This document shows, in pieces, positions 1 through 12,505 of a stretch of DNA of 64,000 nt; the first letter of the stretch is position 1; each line of letters starts with the position of its first letter. The translations under genes and the position numbers were made by a program. Below the pieces are notes generated by a model. That model had not been told where the DNA came from. It searched no databases and saw only the letters and a list, made by a program, of their open reading frames with translations. Source of the DNA: Octopus sinensis (Eukaryota). The DNA lies in NCBI RefSeq assembly GCF_006345805.1, contig NC_043004.1:64542001-64606000 (forward strand). Reading direction: 5' to 3'.

Positions 1-345
1 ATGGTGGTATTGTTGATGATGATGATGATGATGATAATGATGCTAATTTTGTCTGCCACATTTCTTTCATTATTGAACATGCATCTGTATAATTGCGTAG
101 ATGTACATTTTTTGCTTTTAAAGTATGCAGGTATCATGTATGCACACTCATATCTGTACATGTGCATATATATATATATACATATACATACATCCATACT
201 TATATATATAGACATACACACACACACATATATGCATATATATACATCCATACATACACACGCATACATATGAATGTTGTGTGTGAATCATATATGTGTG
301 TGTATGTATATATATTATATGAATGTGTGTGTATATGTATATATA

Positions 346-850
346 CAGGGTGCATAAGATATTTGAGGACAGATTTATGTTTATCAAAAAACTGATATAT
401 AATAACAGATAATAACTTTATTTATCAAAAAAATGCTTTGAGGATAAAAAATAAACCTTCTTTTCTATAATGTTTATTCAATAAAGCCACCCTCAGCTTC
501 AACAACTGCTTCTATATGAGATCTAAATCATTTACATGCTCAAATCAAGTGGTCCTGGTTCATTTTGGATATTACTCTGACTATGGCAGCTTTCAAAGAA
601 TCTTTGGTGTTACAGGCGTGTTCATTGCCCTCTCTCTGAACAATGCTTCACATGTAATAGTCCAATGGATTGAGATCTGGAGAATTAGGAGGCCAAATGT
701 TAGAGGTTGTGTGATCGTGAAAATTTTCAGTCATCCATTCCTGCATTACTAGATCCATGTGTGATAGTGCAGAGTGTTACTGAAATACATATGGCCTTCC
801 ATTGCATACACTGTCTATCCAGGGTTGTCCAGTACTTAATATCTCTTGAC
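346..850 (-). mobile_element. Tc1/mariner DNA transposon remnant (3' part of transposase plus right TIR)
   Basis: The minus strand reads WPPNSPDLNPLDYYM*SIV...FRSHIEAVVEAEGGFIE*, the catalytic C-terminal motif of Tc1/mariner transposases, with in-frame stops. The element end is TA|CAGGGTG at 344-352. Confidence 0.85.
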
Positions 851-1171
851 ATGACAGAAATATATTTACTAAATAACAAATTACATAACGCAGAGCATAG
901 ATATAAATTTTTTTTTTTTTTTCAAGTTTCTAACATTTGGAGATAACCTCAAGTTATTGTAAATCATAGTGGAGAAAAATACCAAAGTAAAATAAATAAC
1001 CAAGAAATCCAAGTATTCTCTGGAGAATTCCATATCAAAGAATATGTCTTGAGGGTCACATCTGAAGAAGAGTTAATACAAGAAATATAATAACTACAGA
1101 AACTCAATAAGTTTAAGTAGGCAGGGAAACCAACTTAAGTGAAAATAGCTTTCGTCTGAGCATATGTTGAT

Positions 1172-1218
<47 letters not shown>

Positions 1219-1321
1219 CACACGCACAAATATATATGCATGTTTGTATTAATATGTCTTTGTTGTGTGTATAAATGCATGTATGTGTGTGTATACACAT
1301 GTAAGCGTGTATGTATGTATG

Positions 1322-1624
1322 TTTGTTTGTTCCTTCTCGAGCCATGCCTGGCTCATAAGGACCGATTTCCTTGTTTCCTTGGCATATAGGTTCCCCACCT
1401 GGATGAGATACCGGTCCATCGCAGGTGAGCTGCAAGATGCCAGACGAAAGAGTGAGAGAAAGTTGTGGTGAAAGAGTCAGCAGAAGTTCACCATTACCTT
1501 CTGCTGGAGCCACACGGAGCTTAGGTGTTTTGCTTATAAACACACACATTGCCCAATCTGAGATTCGAACCCATGATTCCTCGACCATGAGTCCGCTGCT
1601 CTAACCACAAGGCCATGTGCCTCC
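1322..1624 (-). mobile_element. tRNA-derived SINE, family D
   Basis: The minus strand starts GGAGGCACATGGCCTTGTGGTTAGAGCAGCGGACTC...GGGTTCGAATC, with Pol III box A and box B. A homologous copy lies at 53726-54008. Confidence 0.85.
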
Positions 1625-1719
1625 ACATGTATGTATGTATATATGAATATATCTATACATATACACATACATATATGCACACACACACACTCACACACAT
1701 ATGCATGTATACAGCTGGA

Positions 1720-1866
1720 TACTTTTTCTGTCACCAAACCTCACCCCTTTCCGAGGAATGTAATATTTCCCCATGGCCAGACATGCTTTTGCACAATATT
1801 GAAAATGTGTGACACTGCTTGTATAACAGTAACATTCATTTACAACTCCAATACAATGACAAGATA
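1720..1866. repeat. Unclassified dispersed repeat (family E)
   Basis: CCCCATGGCCAGACATG...CATTTACAACT aligns with 24340-24500 and, inverted, with 42330-42450. Confidence 0.55.
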
Positions 1867-2834
1867 CATACACACACACACATATAAGCATATGTATGCA
1901 TAAACAAACCTATATACATGTATGTACATTGGTGTGTGTGTGTGTGTGTGTGTATCAGCATCATTTTGACACCCATCTCTTTCTTGCATAATATTCTTTG
2001 TTGTTTGTGTGATATTACAGAAATATCTTCGTGTATCTATCTATCCAAACTAACCATGAAAAAAAAACTTCTAAAACTCCCTAAGAACTTTTTTTTTGTA
2101 GTGGTGGTTGGGGAATTTACTTTGGTGAAGAATCCTGTTTTTTTTAATTCTTTTTATTTTTATACTTCATTCCTTTTTTATTAGTCACCAAATAATTGCT
2201 AGATAGAAGATAAGAAACATTTCAAAATATTCTTGGCGGTTCTCTCTCTCTCTTTCTCTCTTGCTGCTTCACAAGCACACACTTACATATGTACATATAT
2301 TCAGACATACTCCTTGTTCTATAGAGTCCAAGGCTCAGTGATCAGAAAGAAGAAACAGAAAGACTGGCAGACAGACTAACAGACAGACAGACAGACATTG
2401 GTAGAATCCTAATCCAGATATTTATCAAGGAAACAATAAAGATGTGTAAAGATTTAGAACTTCTTTCTCCTATATGTGCCACCATCATCATCATCACAAA
2501 TGTTTTTTACTGATGTTTACAGCCTTTGTTTTACAGCCTCTCCAGTCTGGAATGAGTTAGATGTGTTTTGTTTTTTGGTTGTTGTTGCTGGTTTTAAGGT
2601 AATGTTTTACAGCTGGATGCCTTCCCCGTTGCCAGTCCTTCTAGTTACTTCACACGGCACACAGGGATGTAGTATATGTACATGTGCTAAAATCAAGATG
2701 CACATGGTAAAGTTCTTTTTGTATTCATGTTTGTAAATATGTATACTCATACTTAGACGCACACATATACACACACAAATTTATATACACATGTATCTGT
2801 ATATATACACATGCATATGAATTTATGTATATGC

Positions 2835-3131
2835 AAACCTTTGAGCAAACAGCCTTGGAGTGAACAAAATGAAAATTGTCATGTGAAAATGGTATAAGAG
2901 ACTTTGTTTCAACCAGTATTAACAGGCTTAGAGGTGCAAGGCAAAGGAGAAAAGTGGCTGCAAACATACCGCCTGCACTGACCCGTAATTCTCATACTTG
3001 CAACATCTGTGGACCTCTTTGAAAATCATTGGCAAGAGTCAAATGTCACATTCGACATAAGCATTATGATTGACAAAGAAAGAGTAGGTTGTCAGATCCT
3101 GATACGTCAAAACCAACAGGAGAATCCATTA
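2835..3131 (+). mobile_element. 3' fragment of an RTE-type LINE (C-terminal zinc finger and tail)
   Basis: Translates as ...INRLRGARQRRK... and HTCNICGPL*KSLARVKCHIRHKH. It ends in CCATT followed by TA repeats, resembling the end of the RTE at 39400. Confidence 0.6.
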
Positions 3132-3140
3132 TATATATAT

Positions 3141-4006
3141 ATATAAATATGTAGAAAAATACAAATTGGGACACGAATGTAAAACATTTAGAAGACGATA
3201 CAAAAAACACAGACGGGACATTCAAAGCCTTCAATCTTCAGTCAAGAACCGGATCATCCTAGCAATTTCGGCTGATTAATCTTGAGATCGCTCCGATCCG
3301 GCCAGCCCCAAGGAAAAACTAAGCTACGAGCATTAGATTTCTTGGAAGAAGGATCGAATGTATACGAAACAGGGACAGGAAAAAAAAGGACGATGCCACA
3401 CGAATATAAAATACAAAAAACAATAATGGTAAAAACAGGACAAAAACAGCGGGTGTCATACGACTAATAAACAGTACAACAAGTTTAGCTGGCGTATTTT
3501 GGAAATAATGCCTCTATCAGCAGACGAAGACAACAGATGTTCTCACGGCAGTGGTCGGAGGCCAAAAGGCTGATTTTGACCAGCGGTCACGTGATGAAGA
3601 GAGAGAAAAGAAGGGGGGCAAAAGAAACAAAGAGAGAGAGAAAAAGAGGGACGAAGGCAACAAAGGGGGGAGAGAAGAGAGAGAAAGAAGGAATTAAAGA
3701 GGGGAGAAGAAAGTGCGTGCCAAGGATTGGCTAGTGAGTGCAAAGTGAGAAAGACAGAGAATTGTGAGAGAGTGGGGGGAAGAGTAGACCAAAGAATCAG
3801 AGGCAAGAAAAGAGAAAAGGAGGAGAAGTAGAGAGAGAGAAGGGGACAGATCAAAGTAGAGTGCAAAGTGTGAAAGGCAGAGAAATGTAGGAGAGAGAGA
3901 CAGTGTGTAGAGTCGTACCAAATTACAGGAATATGTACTTACATAAGGCCAACGAGGGTACGGACGCCGCTATATATAAATATGTAGAAAAATACAAACT
4001 GGGACA
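3141..4006 (-). mobile_element. Element with a 33-bp terminal direct repeat, probable Penelope-like solo pseudo-LTR
   Basis: ATATAAATATGTAGAAAAATACAAA(T/C)TGGGACA occurs at 3141-3173 and 3974-4006 with 1 mismatch. It sits in TA tracts and is CpG-richer than its flanks. The PLE assignment and strand are inference. Confidence 0.5.
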
Positions 4007-4199
4007 TGTATGTATATATATATATACACATACATACATACATACATACATACATACATAATACACTTGTACATATGTATACTTACATACCTGTATGTGT
4101 GTGTATATATATATATACACATACATACATACATACATACATACATACATAATACACTTGTACATATGTATACTTACATACCTGTATGTGTGTGTATAT

Positions 4200-4238
<39 letters not shown>

Positions 4239-4754
4239 CAAACATACACATGCATACATTTACATATCTGTATGTGTATACATACATTTATGCACATATC
4301 TACACAAACATGCCTTTCCATTCTCTTTATCATCAATATTGGCATCCAAGATATTATAGGTTATATAGGTCTACAAAGTAACAGATATCTTTCTTAGCAA
4401 CTTCTTCAATTGCATGCCATCTCTTCTATAAACCCACCCACATCACAAAATGATTCGTCCTTAAACCAACCAATAGACACACACACAGACACCTTTGCTA
4501 TGAAATGCCATCACCATCACCACCCAGAACTAATTATTTCACCCTAACACCACAGATTCTCTTAAAATTTCTCACCCGGAATATACCATTTGTGAAGAAT
4601 AAAAGAGAGTCAATGAGAAATACTTGTACGTAGTCACAAATACACTAACATACATATTTAGGCATACACCAGACAATCACATATGCACTAAGGTGCATAC
4701 ACACAGGTATGCATATACTCACACACACACACACATGCACAGATATGCTTATGT

Positions 4755-4801
<47 letters not shown>

Positions 4802-4933
4802 CACACCATGTTTATCAGTCTGCTTTGTAAGCAGTTCTAATTCACAGGAATAACAAGAAAATGTAATTATGAATTATCAATTAAACAATTTACTCTGAAG
4901 CTAAGCTAAGCTATTTTCTCATGCACAGACACA

Positions 4934-4974
<41 letters not shown>

Positions 4975-5268
4975 ACTGCAAAGACACAGAAACACACATT
5001 GCAACCTGTTCATACATACATCAATAACCATATACTTTCATATACATACATAAACATACATGCATACACACTCATGCACACATGCTTACAAGCACATTCC
5101 AACACTGATACATACCTACACATTATTATTGTTGTTGCTATCATTATTATTATTATTTTTATTATAATTATTATTATTATTATTATTATTATTTTTAACT
5201 TTATTATAATTATTTTTTAATTTTATTAATATTATTATTTTTAATTTTACTATTATAATTATTTTTTA

Positions 5269-5299
<31 letters not shown>

Positions 5300-5859
5300 T
5301 AGCTCAGATAATGCTTTTCACATCTGATTGATTGATTTTTAGTTTTGTTATAAAGATTGAGAATGAAGAAAACGTCTTCCTGCAAAATGCTGCGCAATTA
5401 GCAATTTTATTTTGTTTATGATTTATTTGTGTTTTTTTTTTTATTTTCCAAAGAAATAAATAATTTGGAAGAATAAAATAACACTTCAAAAATTAAAAAA
5501 ATAACTAAATAGATAAACGAGAAATTAGTAGCTGTAGTAAAAGGTCAATATTTTTTTTTAAAAACCTAAGTTTTGAAAATATTTCAAATCTCAGCTCTCT
5601 CCATAGAATGTAACTTTGTCCATTTGTCTTTATATTGCCTGTCTATTTGTGTCCCCTTCTGCTTATCCAGCTGTCTGTCCGCCCAACCCTTTATCCATCC
5701 ATCCATATGATGACTAATCTATTTACATTATCCATGTATTATTAGTTTATCCCATTCTCTTATCAATCCACCAATCTATTTTCCTATTCTCATATCAATT
5801 CCCATATCTATCTATCTTTCTATCTATCTATCCATTCTGCTAGCTATCATCATTATCAT

Positions 5860-6270
5860 CATCATTTATGTTTGTTTTCCATGCTGGCATGGGTTGGATG
5901 GTTTGATAGGAGCTGGCCAGCCAGAGTGCTGCACCAGACTCCAATTGTCTGATTTGGCATGGTTTCTATGGCTGGATGCCCTTCCAAATGCCAACCACTT
6001 TACAGAGTGTACTAGGTGCTTTTTACAGGGCACCAGCACCACTGCTTTATACCTGGCACCAACATAGGTACTTTAGACATGGCTCCAGCACAGGTACTTT
6101 ATATGTGATACCAGCATGGATGCTTATACATAGCACAGGCACAAGTGCTTTTTATGTGGCACCAGCATGGACACTTTATACATGGGACCAGCACAGGTGC
6201 TCTATATGTGACACCAGCACAGGTGCTTATACTTGGTGCCAGCACTGGTGCTTTTTACATGGCACCATCC
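5860..6270 (-). mobile_element. Family C retroposon (GAT tail) with internal ~27-bp tandem GCACCAGCAC repeats
   Basis: On the plus strand: CATCAT tail, TTCCATGCTGGCATGG, GGATGCCCTTCC, then repeated TTTTAYRTGGCACCAGCAC units. Confidence 0.7.
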
Positions 6271-6370
6271 TATCTATTCATCCTTCTATCTATCAGTGCA
6301 TTCCTACATCCAACTATTCATCCACATATTGACTTACCTATTCATTCACCCATCCATCTACCTATCTTTC

Positions 6371-6602
6371 TTATTTCTTTATTGCTCACAAGGGGCTAAA
6401 TACAGAGGGGACAAACAAGGACAGACAAAGGGATTAAGTCGATTATATTGACCCTAGTGCATAACTGGTACTTAATTTATCAATCCCAAAGATATGAAAG
6501 GCAAACTCGACCTCGGTGGAATTTGAACTCAGAACGTAACAGAAGACAAAATGCCGCTAAGCATTTCGCCCAGCATGCTAACGTTTCTGCCAGCTCACTG
6601 CC
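6371..6602 (-). mobile_element. tRNA-derived SINE, family B
   Basis: The minus strand reads GGCAGTGAGCTGGCAGAAACGTTAGC...GAGTTCAAATTCC (box A and B). There are many homologues in the window. Confidence 0.85.
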
Positions 6603-6711
6603 ATTAACCTATCTTTCTGTCCATCAAAATTCTACCTACCCATCATTTATCTATCTACCCATCCATCTACCTACCTATCAATTTGTCTATCCATATTTTC
6701 TGTTCAATTCC

Positions 6712-6965
6712 TGGCAGTGCAATTTGTCCTTGAGCAAGACTCTTTATTTCACGTTACTCCAGTCCACTCAGCTGGCAAAAATGAGTAGTACTTGTATTTC
6801 AAAGGGCCAGCCTTGTCGTTCTGTGTCACACTGAATCTCCCTGAGAACTACATTAAGAGTATACATGTCTGAGTATTTGTCAGCCACTTGCATGTTAATT
6901 TCATGAGGAGTCTGTTCAGTTAATTGGATTCACTCGAACCCTCATTATCGTAAACAATGGAGAGC
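6712..6965 (+). mobile_element. SINE fragment with a CORE-like central domain (family F)
   Basis: GTCCTTGAGCAAGACTCTTTATTTCAC...CAGCTGGCAAAAA is shared with 24535-24760. Confidence 0.55.
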
Positions 6966-7070
6966 ACCAGCTAAGAATACAATCTGGTTTAACAAAGTCT
7001 GCTTCAGCTGATGAGGTCAGAGTTTACTTGGGTTTCCGAAGCATTTTCAATGAGAATGCTCAGTCTAATG

Positions 7071-7808
7071 CAGGGGCCCTTAACCCTGTTTTACCTATGG
7101 ACCCCTTTCATTACTCTTTTACTCTTTTACTTGTTTCAGTCATTTGACTGCAGCCATGCTGGAGCACCACCTTTAGTTGAGCAAATCGACCCCAGGAATT
7201 ACTCTTTGTAAGCTCAGTACTTATTCTATCAGTCTCTTGCCGAATCGCTAAGTTATGGGGACATAAACACACCAGCAATGCAAGGGGGACAAACACAGAC
7301 ATACAAACATACACACACACATATATATACATATATATGACGGTCTTCTTTCAGTTTCCATCTACCAAATCCACTCACAAGGCTTTGGTAGGCCTGAAGC
7401 TATAGTAGAAGACACTTGCCCAAGGTGCCATGCAGTGGGCCTGAACCCATAACCATGTGGTTGGTAAGCAAGCTACTTACCACACAGCCACTCCTGCGCC
7501 TTTGATTGCTATTTTTTTTCAAGTGGACCCCAAAGCCATTCAATATTTAAAAACAAGTTTTGTAGAAACTTCTTTCAAAATTCCTATTTTGGTCATCACA
7601 CATTAACTTGTGTGGGTTGAATTATGTTACACATTAAAGAAAGAAGCCTGTTTCTTGCAATACATAACAATACATATAACTAAAGCAAAATTCTTTCAGA
7701 GGCCCTTAAAATACTGTTGTGGATCTCCAATTTACTTTGATTGCAGTGACCCCCAAAAATCTTATATGGACCCTCAGGAGCCATATGGCCCTTGGTTGAG
7801 AAATGCTG
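7071..7808 (+). mobile_element. hAT-like MITE interrupted by a SINE
   Basis: The ends are CAGGGGCCCTTAACC and GGTTGAGAAATGCTG. The flanking 8-mers GTCTAATG and GTCTAACT match at 6/8 (putative TSD). The body aligns, inverted, with 11680-12397. Confidence 0.65.
7112..7501 (-). mobile_element. tRNA-derived SINE, family A, full length
   Basis: The head is AGGCGCAGGAGTGGCTGTGTGGTAAG with box B GGTTCAGGCCC, followed by a central TA/TG microsatellite and a GAAACAAGTAAAAGAGTAAAAGAG tail. Confidence 0.9.
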
Positions 7809-8190
7809 GTCTAACTCCTGAACAGGATATTTATTCCACATGTCTTTGACGCTTATTTGTTGCAAGGAGCCACAAGAAAACATTTCCAGATAGTACTAGA
7901 GAAATCATGGAGTTGTAGATTCAATTCTTGGCTAAGGCAGTGTCGGTTGTGTCCTTAAGCAAAACACTTTGTTTCTTAGTAAGTTCTTTGACCATACATA
8001 CACTGCTTATTCTTCTGCAGGAATTGGTAGTCCAAGCTCTCCATTAGAAATAATGCTAACCAAATATATCCTAAGTTCTTGTTGCTGTTGTTCTCCTTTT
8101 CCCATTTTGCTCTCATTTCATTCAGTTATCATCACCATCATCAACATCATCACCACCATCAAGTCTATAATTATAGATAAAATGTGAAAG

Positions 8191-8232
<42 letters not shown>

Positions 8233-8792
8233 AAGCACCAAATGTTGGTCTGTTCAGTGTTAAATGCCACTGCATCACCCTGCTTTAAAATTAACTGTCC
8301 ATTAGAACCAAATGCTAAAATGGTAATGCTGGTATAATTACAAAGTCTTTCAGTTTGAACTATCTTCCTTTGGTCCTGGGTGATGGAGAAAGCAAAATGA
8401 TAGGGCTGAGGCAAGGATTGTTTTAAGGGAAAGAAAGGGGTCACAGAAGGGGTCAATTGCATTATATTTCCTCCATCAGTTTTATATATATATAGTTTTC
8501 TTGTCTGTTTGTTTTGGGGGGTTTTTTTTCAGGTTTTTTAAGATTAATAAAAAAACCCACACTTGTGTGTCTGTATATATAATGCATATGTATATATGTA
8601 TATTTGCATGATATGAGCTTCTGTGAATGTGTGTATCTGTGTGTGTGTGATATATATATTTGCATTCTATGGACATGTGTGCATGTGTGTATGTGTATGG
8701 TGTGTGTATGTATGTATGCATGTATGTATATCTATATGTATGCATATGTGTATATATGTATGCATATGCTTGTATGTATATATGAATGCTTG

Positions 8793-8840
<48 letters not shown>

Positions 8841-9056
8841 ATATCTATATTATATATATGCATGTACATATTTATGTATGCATGTATGTATATATATGTA
8901 TGCTGTACAATATATGTATTGTATGTACGTATGTATATATATGCATGTACATATAATGTATGCATGTACGTAATATTATATATGCATGTACGTATATATG
9001 TATGCATGTATGTATAGATGTATGCATGTATGTATATATGTATGTATGCTTGTATG

Positions 9057-9089
<33 letters not shown>

Positions 9090-9984
9090 ATATTTATGCT
9101 TGTATGTATATGGTGTGGTGGTGTAATATATTAGATGGTGTCTGTGGTATACAATTATGTATGTGTGTGTGAAGTGAATTAAGGGGGATACAAACATAAA
9201 AGAAAAAAATGGTGGTGGTGGTGGTGAACAAAAAACACATGATGGTGGAGAGAGCGAGAGGGGGGGAGAGAAAGCAATTTTCTTGTCCTTGTCGGTGGTT
9301 CGTGGTTTTTTTAAACATTTTAAATATGCCCCACATGTTCCCCACCCTTCCCTACAACCACTATGGCGATGGTGGTGGTGGTGGTGGTGGTGGCGACGGC
9401 AATGGCTGAAGTAGAGGCAGTGAACCTTATAAAAATGCATGACAACCACCACCACCACCACTGCCACCATCAGTGCAATGGCCACCACATCTGCTACTAC
9501 CCTCACATTGGTTACCACCACCCCTACAGGCTCTCCCACTACCACCACCACTGCCATCGCAACTGCTACTCCAGCAACCAGCACTACAACAATCACCATT
9601 ACCACTCCAACACTGCCCAACACCTCTAAAACACCATTTTTTCCCCTCAATTTTATTAAAGTACTATATGCCCTGCCTTTTATTCAAAATGTTCACATAC
9701 ACATACATATATACACATGCATACATATACATTTATATATATATTATATATATACAAGCATATTCACATACATACACATTCTATGTATATAGCTGTAATA
9801 ATGTGTATGTGCATGTATGTGTGTATATATGTGTATATCTGTAGTATGTATGTGTGTATTATGTATATGTGTGTTTATGTATATATGAGTATGTGTGTGT
9901 GTGTGTACATATAAATATGTATGTATATTATATGTGTGCATATATATGTATATATGTATGTATATGTAAATGTATGTATTTATG

Positions 9985-10170
9985 TATAGGCCATTTGGTA
10001 GAGTCATTAAAGTGTTGGCTAGATTATTCTGTAATATTCTTTCTGGTTCTCTGCACACTCAGTTCAAATCCCAGCAAGGTCAATGTTGCCTTTCATTCTT
10101 TCCAGGGTCATAAGAAAATTAAAAGACTGAAAGAACCAGTCTTGTAATTAGCAATGAGAGTGATTCTTCA
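9985..10170 (+). mobile_element. Degenerate SINE family B
   Basis: CAGTTCAAATCCCAGCAAGGTCAATGTTGCCTTTCATTCTTTC matches the family B box B region. Confidence 0.55.
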
Positions 10171-11679
10171 CCCCCTTTCAAATGTACACACACACACACA
10201 CTTGCTCTAGTTCTCTTTCTCTGTCTTCCTCTCTTTCCAATGCACACACACTCACACATACACCTTTGCTCTCTCTCTCTCTCTCTCTGTTTCTCTTTAC
10301 CTACCCCGTTGTCTGTCTACCTATCTCTTTCTCTCTTTGTCTACCTCTCTCTCTTTCTCTCTCCCTCCCCAGTTTTCCTTCTGTCTACTCTTTCTCACTC
10401 TGTCTACCTCTTTTTCTTTCTATCTACCCACTTCTCTCTCTTCCCACCTCTCTATCATTCTGTCTACCTCTCTCTCTCTCTCTCTCTCTCTCTGCATATC
10501 CCTCCCTCCCCCTCTCTCTCTCTCTCACTCTGTGCATATATATAACTCTCTGTATCTCACTCTCTCTCTCTCTCTCTATATCTATCTATCTATATATATT
10601 ATATATATATATAAATATATACATATCCCTTTCTGCCTATCCCTCTCTCTTTCTCTCTCTCTGGTCAGATATGGAGAGGAATGGGCCACTTCAGGTCAAT
10701 AAATGACCAAGATACACTGTATGACATTATGATACTCCAAGAAACTAATCAAAGAATTAACAGAACTAAGCAAGACATACATGTATGTATATCATACATT
10801 TGTAAAGAATAACCTTCTTAGATGCTTAAATTCAAAAACCAAGGCAATCAGGAAATCGAGGATTGGTGAATGAATGGAGACAACACAAGGAAGAAAAAAC
10901 ACTTTAGCCTTGCTGTGAACTAAACAACCTCTCCAGTGTAGGTGCCTTGAATGAAATGCACCCACTACACTTTGTGACATGGCTGGTGTTTTAGAATGGA
11001 CATCCAACTGTAAAAACCGTATCAAAGTAATTGGAACATAGGAGTGAAATGTGGCCTTCTAATCCATCTGGGAGGGCAGTGATTGTAAATATGAGCTGAT
11101 CCAGATTGTGACAACCCTCTCAACCCATGTCAACATGAACATGCAGATGGATGACAGATAACAGATGATGACAGTGACGACAACCATCATCATCATCATC
11201 ATCATCATTACTACCACCACCACTGTCATCACCACCACCATCATCACCACCACCATCAACACCACCATCATCATCATCATTATAAGCATTATTATCGAAG
11301 AGGAAAATTGAGTTGTCTTCAGCAGGATTTTAACTTTGACTTCTTCATTTTTTCCCAAATCCAAGAAGGATCAGTGGCTGTCATGCTTTCCTTTAATCTA
11401 ATTTTACTATAATAGATGCAATTTTGTTGGGAGATTATATTGACAATTAGATTATCCACTTCCTTCTTAATACCTCATTTCACTCTGTGCCCTTTTCTCT
11501 TTTTTTTTTTTTTTTGCATGTTTTTAAGTTTTTAAGAACAACTCTGTGATTGATGTCTGTCCTGAAATGAGGTTGTAACAAACCAATCACTGATTCATTC
11601 CTTGTAATTTTGATCATAACAGTGATAAGAAATTTCAGTGAACTTTGTCTTTGACTAAAGCCATTCTATTTTATTGATT

Positions 11680-12397
11680 TTTAGGGGTCCATACAACAAA
11701 ATAGTAAATAGGGGATCCATAATAGTATTTTAAGGGCCCCTGGAAAAATTTTGCTTTAGATATAGATTGGCTGTGTGGTAAGTAGCTTACTTACCAACCA
11801 CATGGTTCCGGGTTCAGTCCCGCTGTGTGGCACCTTGGACAAGTGTCTTCTACTATAGCGTCGGGCCGACCAAAGCCTTGTGAGTGGATTTGGTAGACAG
11901 AAACTGAAAGAAGCCCATCGTATATATGTATATATATATATATATGTATGTATGTATGTGTGTGTATGTGTTTGTGTGTCTGTGTTTGTCCCCCACCATC
12001 GCTTGACAACTGACGCTGGTGTGTTTATGTCCCTGTAACTAAGCAGTTTGGCGAAAGAGACCGATAGAATAAGTACTCGGCTTACAAAGAATAAGTCCTG
12101 GGGTCGATTTGCTCAACTAAAAGGCAGTGCTCCAGCATGACCACAGTCAAATGACTGAAGCAAGTAAAAGAGAGAGAGTAAAGAGTATTGGTGTGTATTG
12201 CAAGAAACAGCTAGGTTTCTTTCTCTAATATTTGGCATAGACCAATGTACACAACTTCATGTGTGAAAAACAAAAGAGGAATTTTGAAAAAAGTATCTAT
12301 AAAACCAGTTTTTAAACATCAAATAGCTATGAGGTCCACCAGAATAAAATAGTAATCAAAGGGTTCCAGAGATAAAAATAATGGTTGAGAACCCCTG
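11680..12397 (-). mobile_element. hAT-like MITE (second copy, one end truncated) interrupted by a SINE
   Basis: GGTTGAGAACCCCTG at 12383-12397. The sequence on both sides of the SINE aligns, inverted, with 7071-7110 and 7502-7760. Confidence 0.65.
11768..12186 (+). mobile_element. tRNA-derived SINE, family A
   Basis: TGGCTGTGTGGTAAGTAGC...GGGTTCAGTCCC...CAAGTAAAAGAG. Confidence 0.9.
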
Positions 12398-12449
12398 CTC
12401 TTACATATTAACCAAATATACTAACACGCTAACAGAACATAGTAAGACG

Positions 12450-12505
12450 CTGATATATTGAATATACCATCACTCTCTAGAGTGATGGTATTTTCAATAT
12501 ATCAG
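12450..12505. repeat. 56-nt near-perfect palindrome (27-bp arms, 1 mismatch)
   Basis: CTGATATATTGAATATACCATCACTCT-CT-AGAGTGATGGTATTTTCAATATATCAG. Confidence 0.9.

Noticed and set aside
1560-1624. tRNA genes (also the heads of SINE A and B)
   Set aside because: Box A and B are present, but there is no complete acceptor stem, and each continues into a multi-copy SINE body.
3200-3260. CTGAAGA on the minus strand as a fourth hammerhead
   Set aside because: It is followed by GAAT rather than GAAA, with no workable stem I or II. A second candidate near 3490-3525 (CTGATAGA...AAAA) also lacks the core.
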